Shown here piece by piece: positions 19,755 through 29,838 of a stretch of 64,000 bases of DNA (positions within the stretch are counted from its first letter, which is position 1; every line of letters begins with the position of its first letter). The position numbers and the translations under genes were made by a program. The notes below the pieces were generated by a model. That model was given only the letters and a program-made list of their open reading frames with translations, was not told where the DNA came from and did no database searches. Source of the DNA: an uncultured archaeon (GTDB lineage Archaea > Asgardarchaeota > Thorarchaeia > Thorarchaeales > Thorarchaeaceae); NCBI GenBank assembly GCA_964631415.1, contig CAZVZC010000002.1:79362-143361 (forward strand), read 5' to 3'.

Positions 19755-19925
19755 CTACAGATCCTCAGGCTTCAGAGTCTTCCTCTTGTTGCCTTCGGTC
19801 CGCTTCCCTGCGTGTTCAAGCAGTTCCTTGACCTTTGCGTCTAGAGCACCATAGAACTCAGAACTGACCTGCAGGTCATGGCTCTTAGCGAATTCCTGCA
19901 CCTTTGATTTGACTATAAAGCTCAT
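19755..19925 (-). CDS. Short histone-fold protein (56 aa), absent from the ORF track
   Basis: Manual translation MSFIVKSKVQEFAKSHDLQVSSEFYGALDAKVKELLEHAGKRTEGNKRKTLKPEDL; RKTLxxED histone L2/alpha3 motif; CTTATAAG box upstream, terminator downstream. Confidence 0.9.
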   Translation of the reverse strand: MSFIVKSKVQEFAKSHDLQVSSEFYGALDAKVKELLEHAGKRTEGNKRKTLKPEDL

Positions 19926-20106
19926 TTTTGCACTTCGCTCCTAGAGGAATGCTGGGCAGACTAGGCTGGCGCTCCCCTTATAAGCCTTATCAGAAGACAG
20001 TCGTCAGCGGCGCTCTTGCACCTGCTTTGGGGCATTTTTGGTCCATTGATGTTTGTTGCATTGCTGAGTTGCTAGTATCAACGGTTCGCGACACTAATCG
20101 GCATTG

Positions 20107-21192
20107 TCAAACGAGTTTTTGTTGAAGAATGCTGAGGATCTTCTCGGATGCATCGCCAGACCCAAACGGACAAGGCCTAGTCCCTAGTTGTCCTGATGCT
20201 AGAACATCCCTGACCATTCTTGGAAAGACCTCAGGATCCACTCCAACCACTGTCGCGTGGCCGGACTCAACGGCCTCAGGCCGTTCTGTAGAAAGCCTGA
20301 GGACGAACACTCTCTTGTTGATAGAAGGAGCGGTCACCTCCTCCTGTATCCCTCCTGAGTCAGTGACAACATATGAGCACATGTCCATCAGATACAGGAA
20401 GTCGAGGTAGCCCACTGGTTCTATCATCTGAATCTGACTTGCACTCCCTAGGAGACCTAAGAGCCCGAACTCTCTCAAGCGCCCGACAGTCCTGGGATGC
20501 GCAGGGAATATGATTCTCGTGCGAAGTGACAAGAGGCCTCGAATCAGACCCTCAAGAGTAGGCTTGTCGTCGACATTCTCAGCCCTGTGAAGTGTCAGAA
20601 GCACGAATCCCCCGCGCTTGACCCCATCCAATGGGCTTTTCCGTTTGCGAGCCACCGGCAGGCTGGCCTCAATAGCGTCTATGACCGTATTGCCTGTCAC
20701 GAAGATCTCACCCATGACGTTCTCATGTCTCAGAGTCTCGGCTGAATGCTCAGTGGGTGCAAAGAGGAAGTCCGAGGCGTGGTCTGTGAGCCGTCTGTTG
20801 TACTCCTCAGGCATTCGTTTGTCATAGCTCCTTAGACCTGCTTCGACATGAGCCAGTGGTATCCTCATCTTCACGGCTGCTAGTGCAGCTGAGAGAACTG
20901 CATTGGTGTCGCCCAGCACAACAACAACGCTTGGCGTTTCGACAAGCAGCTCCTTCTCTATCCCAACAAGCGCCTTGGCTGTCTGTTCTGAATGCGTTCC
21001 CGACCCGATGTTCAGGTTCGTGTCGGGCTCGCGGAGGCCCAAGTCCTCAAAGAAAGAGTCACTCATGTATGAGGTATAGTGCTGGCCAGTATGTACGAGG
21101 AAGTAGTCTACTCCTCGTCTGTCACACTCCTTGATGATTGGTGACATCTTTACTATCTCGGGTCTTGTCCCGACAACAAAGCACGGCTTCAA
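20107..21192 (-). CDS. wecB: UDP-N-acetylglucosamine 2-epimerase (non-hydrolysing)
   Basis: VGTRPEIVK, HTGQHY, LGDTN, HVEAGLRS, PEEYNR, TLHRAEN, TDSGGIQEE, TERPE. Confidence 0.95.
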   Translation of the reverse strand: MKPCFVVGTRPEIVKMSPIIKECDRRGVDYFLVHTGQHYTSYMSDSFFEDLGLREPDTNLNIGSGTHSEQTAKALVGIEKELLVETPSVVVVLGDTNAVLSAALAAVKMRIPLAHVEAGLRSYDKRMPEEYNRRLTDHASDFLFAPTEHSAETLRHENVMGEIFVTGNTVIDAIEASLPVARKRKSPLDGVKRGGFVLLTLHRAENVDDKPTLEGLIRGLLSLRTRIIFPAHPRTVGRLREFGLLGLLGSASQIQMIEPVGYLDFLYLMDMCSYVVTDSGGIQEEVTAPSINKRVFVLRLSTERPEAVESGHATVVGVDPEVFPRMVRDVLASGQLGTRPCPFGSGDASEKILSILQQKLV

Positions 21193-21246
21193 GCGAATCG
21201 GCCCGGACCATTTAGACGGACCGCACTTCATAAGGATGGCGGAGCG

Positions 21247-21933
21247 CTAGCTCCCACGCTTCGACAGACGGCAATCGATTATTGGCAGTATGCCATCCAG
21301 GGAACTAACAACAATCTTCGCGCCAGCAGAGAGCAAGGTCGCTCGATCGGTTTCACCAGTCGTGACCCCCCAGAACTCGATGCCAGCCCTGGACGCTGCA
21401 GCCCCATCTATGGACGCGTCTCCGACATATACGACCTGATTAGAACGTACTCCAAGATTCCTCACGATTGTCCTAAGACCATCAGGGTATGGCTTGGGGC
21501 TAGGTGACTCGTTTCGTGTCTGTATGATATCAAACAGATGCTCCAATGGGATGACCTTCAGCATGATATCCACTGCAAACCGTCCATTGTTTGTGAGTAT
21601 AGCTGTCTTGAGGCCACGTGCTCTGACCTTTCGCACAGTTTCTAATGCCCCCTCTATCACCTTGGCTTCACCTGCCACACTGCCCTCGTACTCACTCAGC
21701 ATCAAGTCCACCTCCGCTTCCATTCGTTCCCAATCGGCAAGTGTCGTGCCCTGGGAGAGAAAATAGCTCTTTGCTTTCATTGTGGAACTGGAGATTCCGT
21801 CCGATTGGTCGAAGACTCCCGGAGGCAGGCCTCTGGCCAAGTAGTACACCTTTGTGTCCTCACGCATCGCCTCTAGAGGGAGAGTCAAGACGGTCAGGGT
21901 CCCATCGAGATCGAATACCATGGCCTTCAGCAT
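21247..21933 (-). CDS. HAD-family hydrolase (phosphoglycolate phosphatase-like)
   Basis: VFDLDGTL, ILTNN, KPYPD, YVGDASID. Confidence 0.88.
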   Translation of the reverse strand: MLKAMVFDLDGTLTVLTLPLEAMREDTKVYYLARGLPPGVFDQSDGISSSTMKAKSYFLSQGTTLADWERMEAEVDLMLSEYEGSVAGEAKVIEGALETVRKVRARGLKTAILTNNGRFAVDIMLKVIPLEHLFDIIQTRNESPSPKPYPDGLRTIVRNLGVRSNQVVYVGDASIDGAAASRAGIEFWGVTTGETDRATLLSAGAKIVVSSLDGILPIIDCRLSKRGS

Positions 21934-22073
21934 GGCTTTTCCCGTGCCCGATTCATGCTGACCCGCACTTAAGGCTAGCCTCGCTTGGTTCGTAACAATC
22001 GCAGGCCAGCCCGCCTGCATCTGAACCAGAAATGTGCAATTCGACCCAGTCATCAATCGGTGGCGCAAGCAAA

Positions 22074-22586
22074 TCACGGTGAGTAAACCAGTGCCTTGAC
22101 GCAGGTAGCATCCATGTTCGCTGCTCGGACGACTTCCATCTTGACTTTGGGTGATACACCTTCAGCGATCGCTCTCACGTATGGCAGACACACGGAATCA
22201 CAGTAGAGCTTGCCCTGCTTTGCAAACGCTTCATACTGAGGACAATACGGATGGTTTGTTTCAACCCGTGTCGTTGAAACCCATTTTGGTACCATCTTAG
22301 CACCCATGACATTGCCCACTACTATCCATGCATCTAGCGAGTCGCGCAGGGTGTCACCGAGTCCCAGACGAGCTTTCATTGTCGCGGCACCCTCCGTGCC
22401 CAAGTTCCGGAAGATCTCTGCGACAGCATCGAGGCCAGCTTGCCCAAACCTCTCTTCGAGCACAGCTGGCATCTCGGTCATGAGCCTATTCAGGTTGCCC
22501 CTGAGTTCCTTCACCTTGCTTCCAGCGGGGATTAGCCCCTTCACAGCGGCGGTCTTCGTGATTCCCATTTGTGGATCCTCCAGCAT
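22074..22586 (-). CDS. V4R/ATC-hydrolase-like small-ligand-binding protein
   Basis: LEERFG..A, YCPQY..F, C..VC, C-terminal TC pattern. Confidence 0.55.
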   Translation of the reverse strand: MLEDPQMGITKTAAVKGLIPAGSKVKELRGNLNRLMTEMPAVLEERFGQAGLDAVAEIFRNLGTEGAATMKARLGLGDTLRDSLDAWIVVGNVMGAKMVPKWVSTTRVETNHPYCPQYEAFAKQGKLYCDSVCLPYVRAIAEGVSPKVKMEVVRAANMDATCVKALVYSP

Positions 22587-22769
22587 TCAGAGCTTCACTG
22601 TCAGAGGGACCGCAGTCTGCTAATGGGTCGTATTAGTCTTCCTCTTAGACAAGTCTGGCAAGCGGGTCGTCCCTATAGGCCCTCGGTACTGTCAGTTTCT
22701 TCTAGCTGACGGCTGAGATGTTCATTCTCGTCCTCTCTGGACAATGTTCTTTAGATAAGAATCGGTCGC

Positions 22770-23807
22770 ATGAACGGCGAAAGGATCTTGGAGCTCGAAG
22801 GTGTTGATTTGACAAGCATGAGGAGCATGGTCCTCAGGTTTCCTGAGCTACTCGTTGCCAAGAAGCCCGACAGCCGTTTCCTAGAGAGAGCAAGGAGAAC
22901 AGGAGAGTCCGGCATCGATGGAATCTGCCTAGTCGGCATGGGGGGCAGCTCCATTGCCGGAGAGATCTGCCGCGGGCTTCTGCTCGACCAGTCCAGTGTA
23001 CCGATACTCACGGTGAAGAACTACAGCTTGCCCAACGCGGTTGGCAGGAAGTGGGCTGTTGTTGTAGTGAGCTACTCTGGTGACACAGAGGAAACACTGT
23101 CTTCTTTTGAGGATGCCCGCTCGAGAAGAGCAACCATCTTTGTCATCACAACAGGAGGAACTCTGGCAAAGCGTGCTCAAAGTGCGAGCATGCACGTAGT
23201 CCCGAAGGGACTTCAGCCACGGGCGGCTTTGCCGCTGATGTATTCTGCCGTACATCCCACTGTTGAAGCGCTCTCAGGTCTTGAGGCAACAGACCTAGAG
23301 CGAGTGGCAACGACTCTTCGGCAACAAGCTCAGGACTGGGGAGCGAGAGCCGACTCTCCATCAACACTGGCGGAGAAACTAAAGGATTCCATACCCCTGT
23401 TCATAGGATGGAAGCACTTGGTCCCGATTGCCTACAGAGCAAAGTGTCAGATAAACGAGAATGCAAAAACCGTTGCGTTTCATTCAGAGCTGCCAGAGGC
23501 AGACCACAATGAGATTGAAGCCGCCATGTCTTATGGTAGACACTCCGTCGTTCCAGTCTTCCTCAGAAGCTGTTTTGAGGAGAGTGCAATCCGGAGGCGT
23601 TTCGACGTGACTTCCGAAGTGTTGTCTGGGGCCGGATGTGAATCAATTCATCTCAGAATCAGGACTGACTCACTGCTTGAGGAGTCACTGGCGATGACTC
23701 ACTTCCTTGACATGACATCAGTTGATCTTGCAGAACGTCTTGGCGTTGACCCACTGAGGGTTGACAGGATTGCTCATCTCAAGAAAGAACTCGCGGCCGA
23801 CGCTTAG
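22770..23807 (+). CDS. Bifunctional phosphoglucose/phosphomannose isomerase
   Basis: VGMGGSSIAG, SYSGDTEET, ITTGG, QPRAAL, QINENAK, PEADHNEI. Confidence 0.93.
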   Translation: MNGERILELEGVDLTSMRSMVLRFPELLVAKKPDSRFLERARRTGESGIDGICLVGMGGSSIAGEICRGLLLDQSSVPILTVKNYSLPNAVGRKWAVVVVSYSGDTEETLSSFEDARSRRATIFVITTGGTLAKRAQSASMHVVPKGLQPRAALPLMYSAVHPTVEALSGLEATDLERVATTLRQQAQDWGARADSPSTLAEKLKDSIPLFIGWKHLVPIAYRAKCQINENAKTVAFHSELPEADHNEIEAAMSYGRHSVVPVFLRSCFEESAIRRRFDVTSEVLSGAGCESIHLRIRTDSLLEESLAMTHFLDMTSVDLAERLGVDPLRVDRIAHLKKELAADA

Positions 23808-23871
23808 CCACTTGAATCCTCTGAGCTGAATATATCGCAATCGGGAGACGGCAGCATTGTCCTTGGTTGGA

Positions 23872-23908
23872 TAAGAAAAGAAGGAGAGGGAGCCAAAGCC
23901 CCCTCTCT
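23872..23908 (-). terminator. Hairpin plus U tract downstream of OppA-1
   Basis: GAGAGGG..CCCTCTC stem next to AAGAAAAGAAG, just past the stop codon. Confidence 0.6.
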
Positions 23909-23915
23909 GCCAAAA

Positions 23916-25745
23916 TCACTTCTGCCTTAGCAGGACGTATCCACCGACTAGGATGACGACAGCCGCGCCTACTGCACCCGCGACAACTGCCATTGTGAAG
24001 TCAGGTCCGGTCGGATTTGCTTCTGGTGTAGTCGTGGGTGGGACCGTTGCTGGTCTGTAGAAGTAGCTCGGGTTGCGTGTTTGCTCACAGAACTCGCCTG
24101 CAACATACTCAGACACATTAAACGGCCCTGAGGTCACCATCACCTCGCCAGGAGGCTGTGGGTTCCAACTGTTCCAGTTGGCTGGGCCAATCGATTCGAA
24201 GACGTGCTTCGGAATGACAGGCTTGTAGGCAACTGTGTGCAGGTGCCAGTATGACTCAGTGCTGAACTCAACCACAAGCTGGTATGTTGTTGTCTGATAG
24301 GCTGCAGTCATCTCAGTCAAATCAGAACCATACACGTTGCCGTGGGCGTCACGATAGTAGTTCAAGGTGAATGCCGCATCCTCAGCTGTCAGAGGGTGAC
24401 CATCAGTCCAGGTCGCGTTCTGAATCATGTTGAACACGAATCTGGTATGACCTTCTGGCACGCTATCGTCGTCTGCGTGAGTGCCGGCTGTGTACGACTC
24501 AGCCAACCACATCACATCGCGACCCTGCGGGTCTTGCACAATCAGACTGTCGTACAGTTGATTCAGAACATTCTGAGTGTATGCAGACGTGCTGGTCATG
24601 TGGTTGAACGTGTCAAGATCCAACGGGTTGCTCCATCGGAATGTCCCTCCAAACGGACCACCCTGAGACTGCTTCAGATGTATCTTGTAGTTGGTCCAGA
24701 AGCTGGGCACGCCATCGTTCACATCGTTGACGAAGCCCTCGAACTTGTCAGTCCTGTATGCTGAGAGCAGGATGTTCTCGTAGCAGATGATTTGAGGGCA
24801 CTCATAGACCCAGATTCTCTGCATCTCTATGGCTGCCTCGTAAACGTCCTCATATTGCGTCGAGTGAAGCAGCTGATCTCTCCATGAGTCGTATGAGGCA
24901 TTTCTGAAGTTGCAGAAGTTCCAGTACGGTTCGTCTGCATACTCAGACCAGAACTCATATGCAAGCCAGTCAACATCCATTGAGTTGAACCCTGAGCCCA
25001 AGAACACTATGTCATAGTCGCCGTGGAAGTAGAGACGGTTCAAGTATTCGTAGAAATCAGTAGCCTGAGAATCCGCCTGGACGTGCAGGGCCGTAAGGGC
25101 GTCCGCTACAACTTCACCCACTTCGATGGCGATGTTCGAGCTCTGGGAGCATTCGACAAGAATGTCAAAATCACTGCCGTCAGGTGCTTCTCTGAATCCA
25201 TCCATGTCGACATCTGCAAAGCCTGCAGCGTCAAGCATCTGGTTGCCCGCAGCGACATTGGCTTCGTAGTATGTGTAGGCCAGGAGACCTTCACAGGAGA
25301 ATGGGTTTACCTTGGGCACACATGAGTCAAGTGGCTCCGACAGCCCGTCCCAGACCTGGTCGGAGATCCTTTCCTTGTCTACGGCGAAGGCGAGAGCTCT
25401 TCTGAAAGCTGTCACGTTGAGTGGGTACTTAGCTGTGTTGATGGTCACGTACCCGTACCCGTTCCTGAGTACATTTGTGACCTCGATGTTGTCTGCCGCC
25501 TGCAGAGATGGCAGGTAGGCAGGATCTATTTGTTCACCAATGAGATCGATCTCATTGTTTTGCAGCGCGAGGACTTGCTGGTCATCGCCTGTGATGACCC
25601 GAAAGACGAGCTTGTCCACAAAAGGTCCCGTCTTCAGGCCAAACAGTTCTGTCTGCGCTGTGACGAAAGCCGGTGAGACTGCCATCAGCGCAAACGCGAC
25701 GACAAGAGATAGAGAGAGAATCCTCTTTGCAGCCGTGCGATTCAC
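23916..25745 (-). CDS. oppA: Peptide ABC transporter substrate-binding protein (family 5), paralogue 1, C-terminal TM anchor
   Basis: Signal peptide; VDKLVF, FRRALAFAVD, WTDG.PLTAED, SGPF; Thr/Pro linker + TM + RQK. Confidence 0.9.
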   Translation of the reverse strand: MNRTAAKRILSLSLVVAFALMAVSPAFVTAQTELFGLKTGPFVDKLVFRVITGDDQQVLALQNNEIDLIGEQIDPAYLPSLQAADNIEVTNVLRNGYGYVTINTAKYPLNVTAFRRALAFAVDKERISDQVWDGLSEPLDSCVPKVNPFSCEGLLAYTYYEANVAAGNQMLDAAGFADVDMDGFREAPDGSDFDILVECSQSSNIAIEVGEVVADALTALHVQADSQATDFYEYLNRLYFHGDYDIVFLGSGFNSMDVDWLAYEFWSEYADEPYWNFCNFRNASYDSWRDQLLHSTQYEDVYEAAIEMQRIWVYECPQIICYENILLSAYRTDKFEGFVNDVNDGVPSFWTNYKIHLKQSQGGPFGGTFRWSNPLDLDTFNHMTSTSAYTQNVLNQLYDSLIVQDPQGRDVMWLAESYTAGTHADDDSVPEGHTRFVFNMIQNATWTDGHPLTAEDAAFTLNYYRDAHGNVYGSDLTEMTAAYQTTTYQLVVEFSTESYWHLHTVAYKPVIPKHVFESIGPANWNSWNPQPPGEVMVTSGPFNVSEYVAGEFCEQTRNPSYFYRPATVPPTTTPEANPTGPDFTMAVVAGAVGAAVVILVGGYVLLRQK

Positions 25746-26058
25746 TTTTAGTTAGCCTCCTCACTACCGAGTCAGAATGACACACCAGTGATTTACCAGA
25801 CATAATTAAAGCGTGCTTATGTTTTATTCAGCACATTAACGGCCTGAATGAGTAGCCTTAATAACAAACGGCCGTATCAGTGCCGATTTGCGTCGACACG
25901 AACGCTTAAAAGGCGTATTTCTGTCCTCGGTCGGCCTCTTGTGAGTGATTCGAGCACGTTGCGCGTATCGACATAGATGATCGGGTGTGTCTGGGAACAC
26001 GCACAAAGATTCGTCTAGTCTGAGCATCCAAGTAGTACCGGCCATGACTGAGCTTGTT

Positions 26059-26598
26059 TCATCCCGCAGTGTAGCCTTCGTGACTGAAAACCAATACACG
26101 AAAAGACTCGGCCCGCGAATGGAACAGGTGATAGAACATAGTGACGCGCACACCGAAGATCCACTCTCCTAGGCTCGAGGCGTTGTACAGAATCAGTTTA
26201 TCGAGCCGTTCTGTGATTGTACCACTCACTGTGATGTTCCTGTCGTACCCCGATGTTAGGATACGTTCAGCACCTATGATTGACCTTTCGAAGGATGTGT
26301 AGGCCAAGGTCTTATTGTCGACATAGACCGTCGTCGAAAGATACATCATATACGCCTCGCCACTTGCCACCTGCGGCGCCCTCACATTGAAAATCAAGAC
26401 CATGCTTGGATTTACAGACTCATTCGCTGGGTCCAATGCATAGATCAGGACATCCTCAAGGTCAAAGTGAAGGTGCTGAATGATGATGCCGCTCCCTGTG
26501 TAGAAAGAAGTGGTCGAAACGAGACCAATGCCACTCATCACGCCAAGAATGACTGTGATGGCAATCACTACGTTTTGGGGTCTCGTGTTAGATAGCAT
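26059..26598 (-). CDS. Membrane-anchored beta-rich hypothetical protein
   Basis: N-terminal TM followed by a beta-strand-rich domain. Confidence 0.6.
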   Translation of the reverse strand: MLSNTRPQNVVIAITVILGVMSGIGLVSTTSFYTGSGIIIQHLHFDLEDVLIYALDPANESVNPSMVLIFNVRAPQVASGEAYMMYLSTTVYVDNKTLAYTSFERSIIGAERILTSGYDRNITVSGTITERLDKLILYNASSLGEWIFGVRVTMFYHLFHSRAESFRVLVFSHEGYTAG

Positions 26599-26666
26599 CG
26601 TTCGTCAGACAGTCGCTTCATCCCGATGAATATCACCCTTGCGCTTGGCGCATCAAGAACATGCTG

Positions 26667-27536
26667 TCAAGAGGCATAGAGAGCAAGTGCCACTATGTGT
26701 ATGAGCCAAGGGAAAACGCCCAACAACGCAGGCAATGGTATCGCGGGCAGGGGTTCTCCCGGACGTGCAATCACTGTAGCATTGATGAAGATGCCGAGTC
26801 CAGTCAGGGCCAACGTCATCGCTGACACATAGGGTGGAAAGAACACAAGTGAATGAGTAGCGATGAGCGAGTAGACAATGTAGTCGCCAACTCCGACAGA
26901 CACTAGACCTGACTTGATGCGAGTGTAGTCAAACGGATCAGACCCTATATGATCGATGACCTGCTCTGTCTGGGTTGCTGGTGAGAACCGGATCAGGGAA
27001 TAATCCTCCACTATGATCGATGCTATGAGCACAACCATACTACTGGTGACCATCGTAATGCCTAGGAATGTGCCAAAGATGCTTCCATAGAATGCCACAA
27101 GCACGTTTCTCAGAACTGGCGGAACGACATCTATCATGACGAGCACGATGGATATCATGGAAACACCCAACGACAGAAACAGTACGACGCCCTGCAATAC
27201 ATCTGTCGACCCTTTGAACAAGACGAGAAGCAATGCTTGACTCAGAAAAACAGAAACAAATCCAAGAATCGGCGAAACAAGAAACGCCACGACAAGGCGT
27301 CTGGCACCGTGCCCGCCCCTTTCAACAACCCAGAACAGGGCCAGCACGACGATCATCCCCAGAGCGGTAGACACAATCGCCTGTGTCGCCAGCTCAATTG
27401 GAGTGAAGCTGTAGGTGCTGCTCACTATCTCTCCAATCAACGAACTGTCAAGCACAGAAACCACTATGACGGAGCCTATGAACAAGGGCAACAGGGACAG
27501 TAGTAGAAGCAAACCGCGCTCCTTGTCCAGTTTCAT
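26667..27536 (-). CDS. Presenilin/SPP-like (A22) GxGD intramembrane aspartyl protease
   Basis: About 9 TM; IIVED at the YD position, VGVGD (GxGD), LPAIPLP (PAL-like); start ATG 27536. Confidence 0.72.
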   Translation of the reverse strand: MKLDKERGLLLLLSLLPLFIGSVIVVSVLDSSLIGEIVSSTYSFTPIELATQAIVSTALGMIVVLALFWVVERGGHGARRLVVAFLVSPILGFVSVFLSQALLLVLFKGSTDVLQGVVLFLSLGVSMISIVLVMIDVVPPVLRNVLVAFYGSIFGTFLGITMVTSSMVVLIASIIVEDYSLIRFSPATQTEQVIDHIGSDPFDYTRIKSGLVSVGVGDYIVYSLIATHSLVFFPPYVSAMTLALTGLGIFINATVIARPGEPLPAIPLPALLGVFPWLIHIVALALYAS

Positions 27537-27657
27537 GTCGAATCTCCTGTAAGACCGTAGGCAGTTGGTCATAAAGAGGATGCCTTTGAAGCAATCCGGA
27601 GCCAAATGAGCAATACTTAGAACCTTACCACTACTCGAGAAACCACAGTCACAGGCC

Positions 27658-27697
27658 AAAAAAAAAGAAACAAAGAAGGGGACTGAAGTCCCCTTCT
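27658..27697 (-). terminator. Hairpin plus U tract downstream of OppA-2
   Basis: Perfect AGAAGGGGAC-TGAA-GTCCCCTTCT stem followed on the minus strand by a long U run. Confidence 0.75.
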
Positions 27698-27705
27698 GCA
27701 CTAGT

Positions 27706-29532
27706 CTACTTCTGCCTCAGAAGGATGTATCCACCAACGAGGATGACTACAGCTGCACCAACTGCACCTGCAACAACAGCAAGTGTGAAGTTGGCCGGCG
27801 TTGTGGTGGTTGTCGTTATGGTTGTGGTTGGTGTCCTGTCCAGACCGTAGAAGTAGTTCGGGTTCCAACTCTCCTCACAGAACTCGCCTGCGATGTACTC
27901 AGACACGTTGAACGGTCCTGAGGTCACCATTTCCTGAGTTGGAGGCTGTGGGTTCCATGTGTTCCAGTTGGCTGCGCCAATCGCCTCGAATACGTGCTTC
28001 GGAATGATAGGCTTGTAGGCAACTGTGTGCAGGTGCCAGTATGACACGGTAGCGAACTCGACCACAAGTTGGTAGGTGGTTGTCGAATACGCTGCTGTCA
28101 TATCGGTCAGATCTGCACCATATGGATTACCTGGTGCCTCACGGAAGAAGTTCAGGGAGAACGCTACATCTTCAGCTGTCAGAGGCACACCATCAGTCCA
28201 GGTTGCATTCTGGAGGATATTGAATGTGAACCTAGTGTGACCTGCCGGCACAGCCGGATTGTCGGTGTGAGTCTCGGCAACATACGACTCAGCCAGCCAG
28301 TTCACGTCAACACCCTGTGAGTCCTGGATGATCAGACTGTCGTATAGCTGGTTGAGCACGTTCATGGTGTATGCTGATGAGCTCGCCATGAAGTTGAACG
28401 TGTCAAGGTCCAACGGGTTGCTCCATCGGAATGTCCCTCCAAACGGACCACCTTGAGAATCCTTCAGGTTTACCAAGTAGTTGGTCCACCATCCGGGCAC
28501 ACCAGCGTTGACGTCGTTGACGAAACCTTCGAACTTGTCAGTCCTGTACGCTGAGAGCAGAACGTTCTCGTAGCAGATGATTTGAGGGCACTCATAGACC
28601 CAGACCTTCTGCATCTCTATTGCAGCTTCGTAGACGTCGTCGTAGTCTGTCGAGTGAAGCAGCTGGTCCCTCCATGCGTCATAGGAGGAGTTGGCCCAGC
28701 AGGGGAAGTTCCAGTATGGTTCGTGGGCGTACTCAGACCAGAACTCGTACCCAAGCCAGTCAACGTCCATGTTGGTAAAGCTTGCACCGAGGAATACGAT
28801 GTCGAAGTCGCCGTGGAAGTAGAGACGGTTCAGGTACTCGTAGAAGTCAGTTGGCTCGGACGTTGCTTGGACGTGTAGAGCGACTAATGCCTGAGCAACT
28901 TTCTGGCCAACCTCAATGGCTATGGGTGAGGACGAAGCACACTCGACAAGGACATCAAAGTCGTCGCCGTGAGGTCCCTCACGGATGGTGTCGTTGTCAA
29001 CGTCAAGGAAATAGGCTGCGTCCAGCAGCTGGTTGCCCTTGGCGACATTCGCCTCATAGTAGGTGTAGGGCAGAAGACCCTCAATTGAGAATGGGTTCAC
29101 CTGTGGCACACAGGAGTCCTGTGGCGAGGATAGACCATCCCATACCTGATCCGATATCGCTTCCTTGTCAAGAGCAAAAGCGAGTGCTCTCCTGAAGGAC
29201 GTGTAGTTGAATGGATACTTGTCGGTCTTGATCACGACGTAGCCGTACCCATTCCTGAGTACGTTCACTACGTCGATGCTCTCTGCCGCCTGTAGAGCTG
29301 GCAGATATGTGGGATTGACCATCTCACCGATAAGGTCAATCTCGTTGTTCTGGAGCGCTAGCACCTCTTGGTCTTCTCCTGTTATGACCCTGAAGACAAG
29401 CTTGTCCACATACGGTCCACTCTTTGAACCGGACACTGTGAGTGAAGTCACAAACAGTGGTGAAACTGCCATCAGGGCAAAAGCAGCGACCAGCGAGATA
29501 GCAAGCACTCTCCTTGCACGACTGCTAAACAT
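27706..29532 (-). CDS. oppA: Peptide ABC transporter substrate-binding protein (family 5), paralogue 2
   Basis: Highly similar to 23916-25745; poly-Thr linker and TM anchor. Confidence 0.9.
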   Translation of the reverse strand: MFSSRARRVLAISLVAAFALMAVSPLFVTSLTVSGSKSGPYVDKLVFRVITGEDQEVLALQNNEIDLIGEMVNPTYLPALQAAESIDVVNVLRNGYGYVVIKTDKYPFNYTSFRRALAFALDKEAISDQVWDGLSSPQDSCVPQVNPFSIEGLLPYTYYEANVAKGNQLLDAAYFLDVDNDTIREGPHGDDFDVLVECASSSPIAIEVGQKVAQALVALHVQATSEPTDFYEYLNRLYFHGDFDIVFLGASFTNMDVDWLGYEFWSEYAHEPYWNFPCWANSSYDAWRDQLLHSTDYDDVYEAAIEMQKVWVYECPQIICYENVLLSAYRTDKFEGFVNDVNAGVPGWWTNYLVNLKDSQGGPFGGTFRWSNPLDLDTFNFMASSSAYTMNVLNQLYDSLIIQDSQGVDVNWLAESYVAETHTDNPAVPAGHTRFTFNILQNATWTDGVPLTAEDVAFSLNFFREAPGNPYGADLTDMTAAYSTTTYQLVVEFATVSYWHLHTVAYKPIIPKHVFEAIGAANWNTWNPQPPTQEMVTSGPFNVSEYIAGEFCEESWNPNYFYGLDRTPTTTITTTTTTPANFTLAVVAGAVGAAVVILVGGYILLRQK

Positions 29533-29838
29533 TTTCTCTCTCTATCTCCTCCGAGTCGAAGACGGATTAGTCTTCCTGACAAGGTACGCCTAATAAAAGG
29601 CTTATGTAGGGTGGGATACACATAGGAAGGACTCGATTTGGGGGGTCACTGCATCGGGTCGCCAGAGAAAGCCCAGTCGGACAACGTGAGCAGAACACGA
29701 ACTTACAGCTTATAGAAGGCGTTGACTCGAGGCCTGCATCTTGCTGCATGAAATACGGGAAATGGACAAAGCCAGAACAGGCGTAGCTGTGGATTCCGCC
29801 TGTGGTGGTGATCTCTGTGTGCCTGCGTTCCTTGCCGC

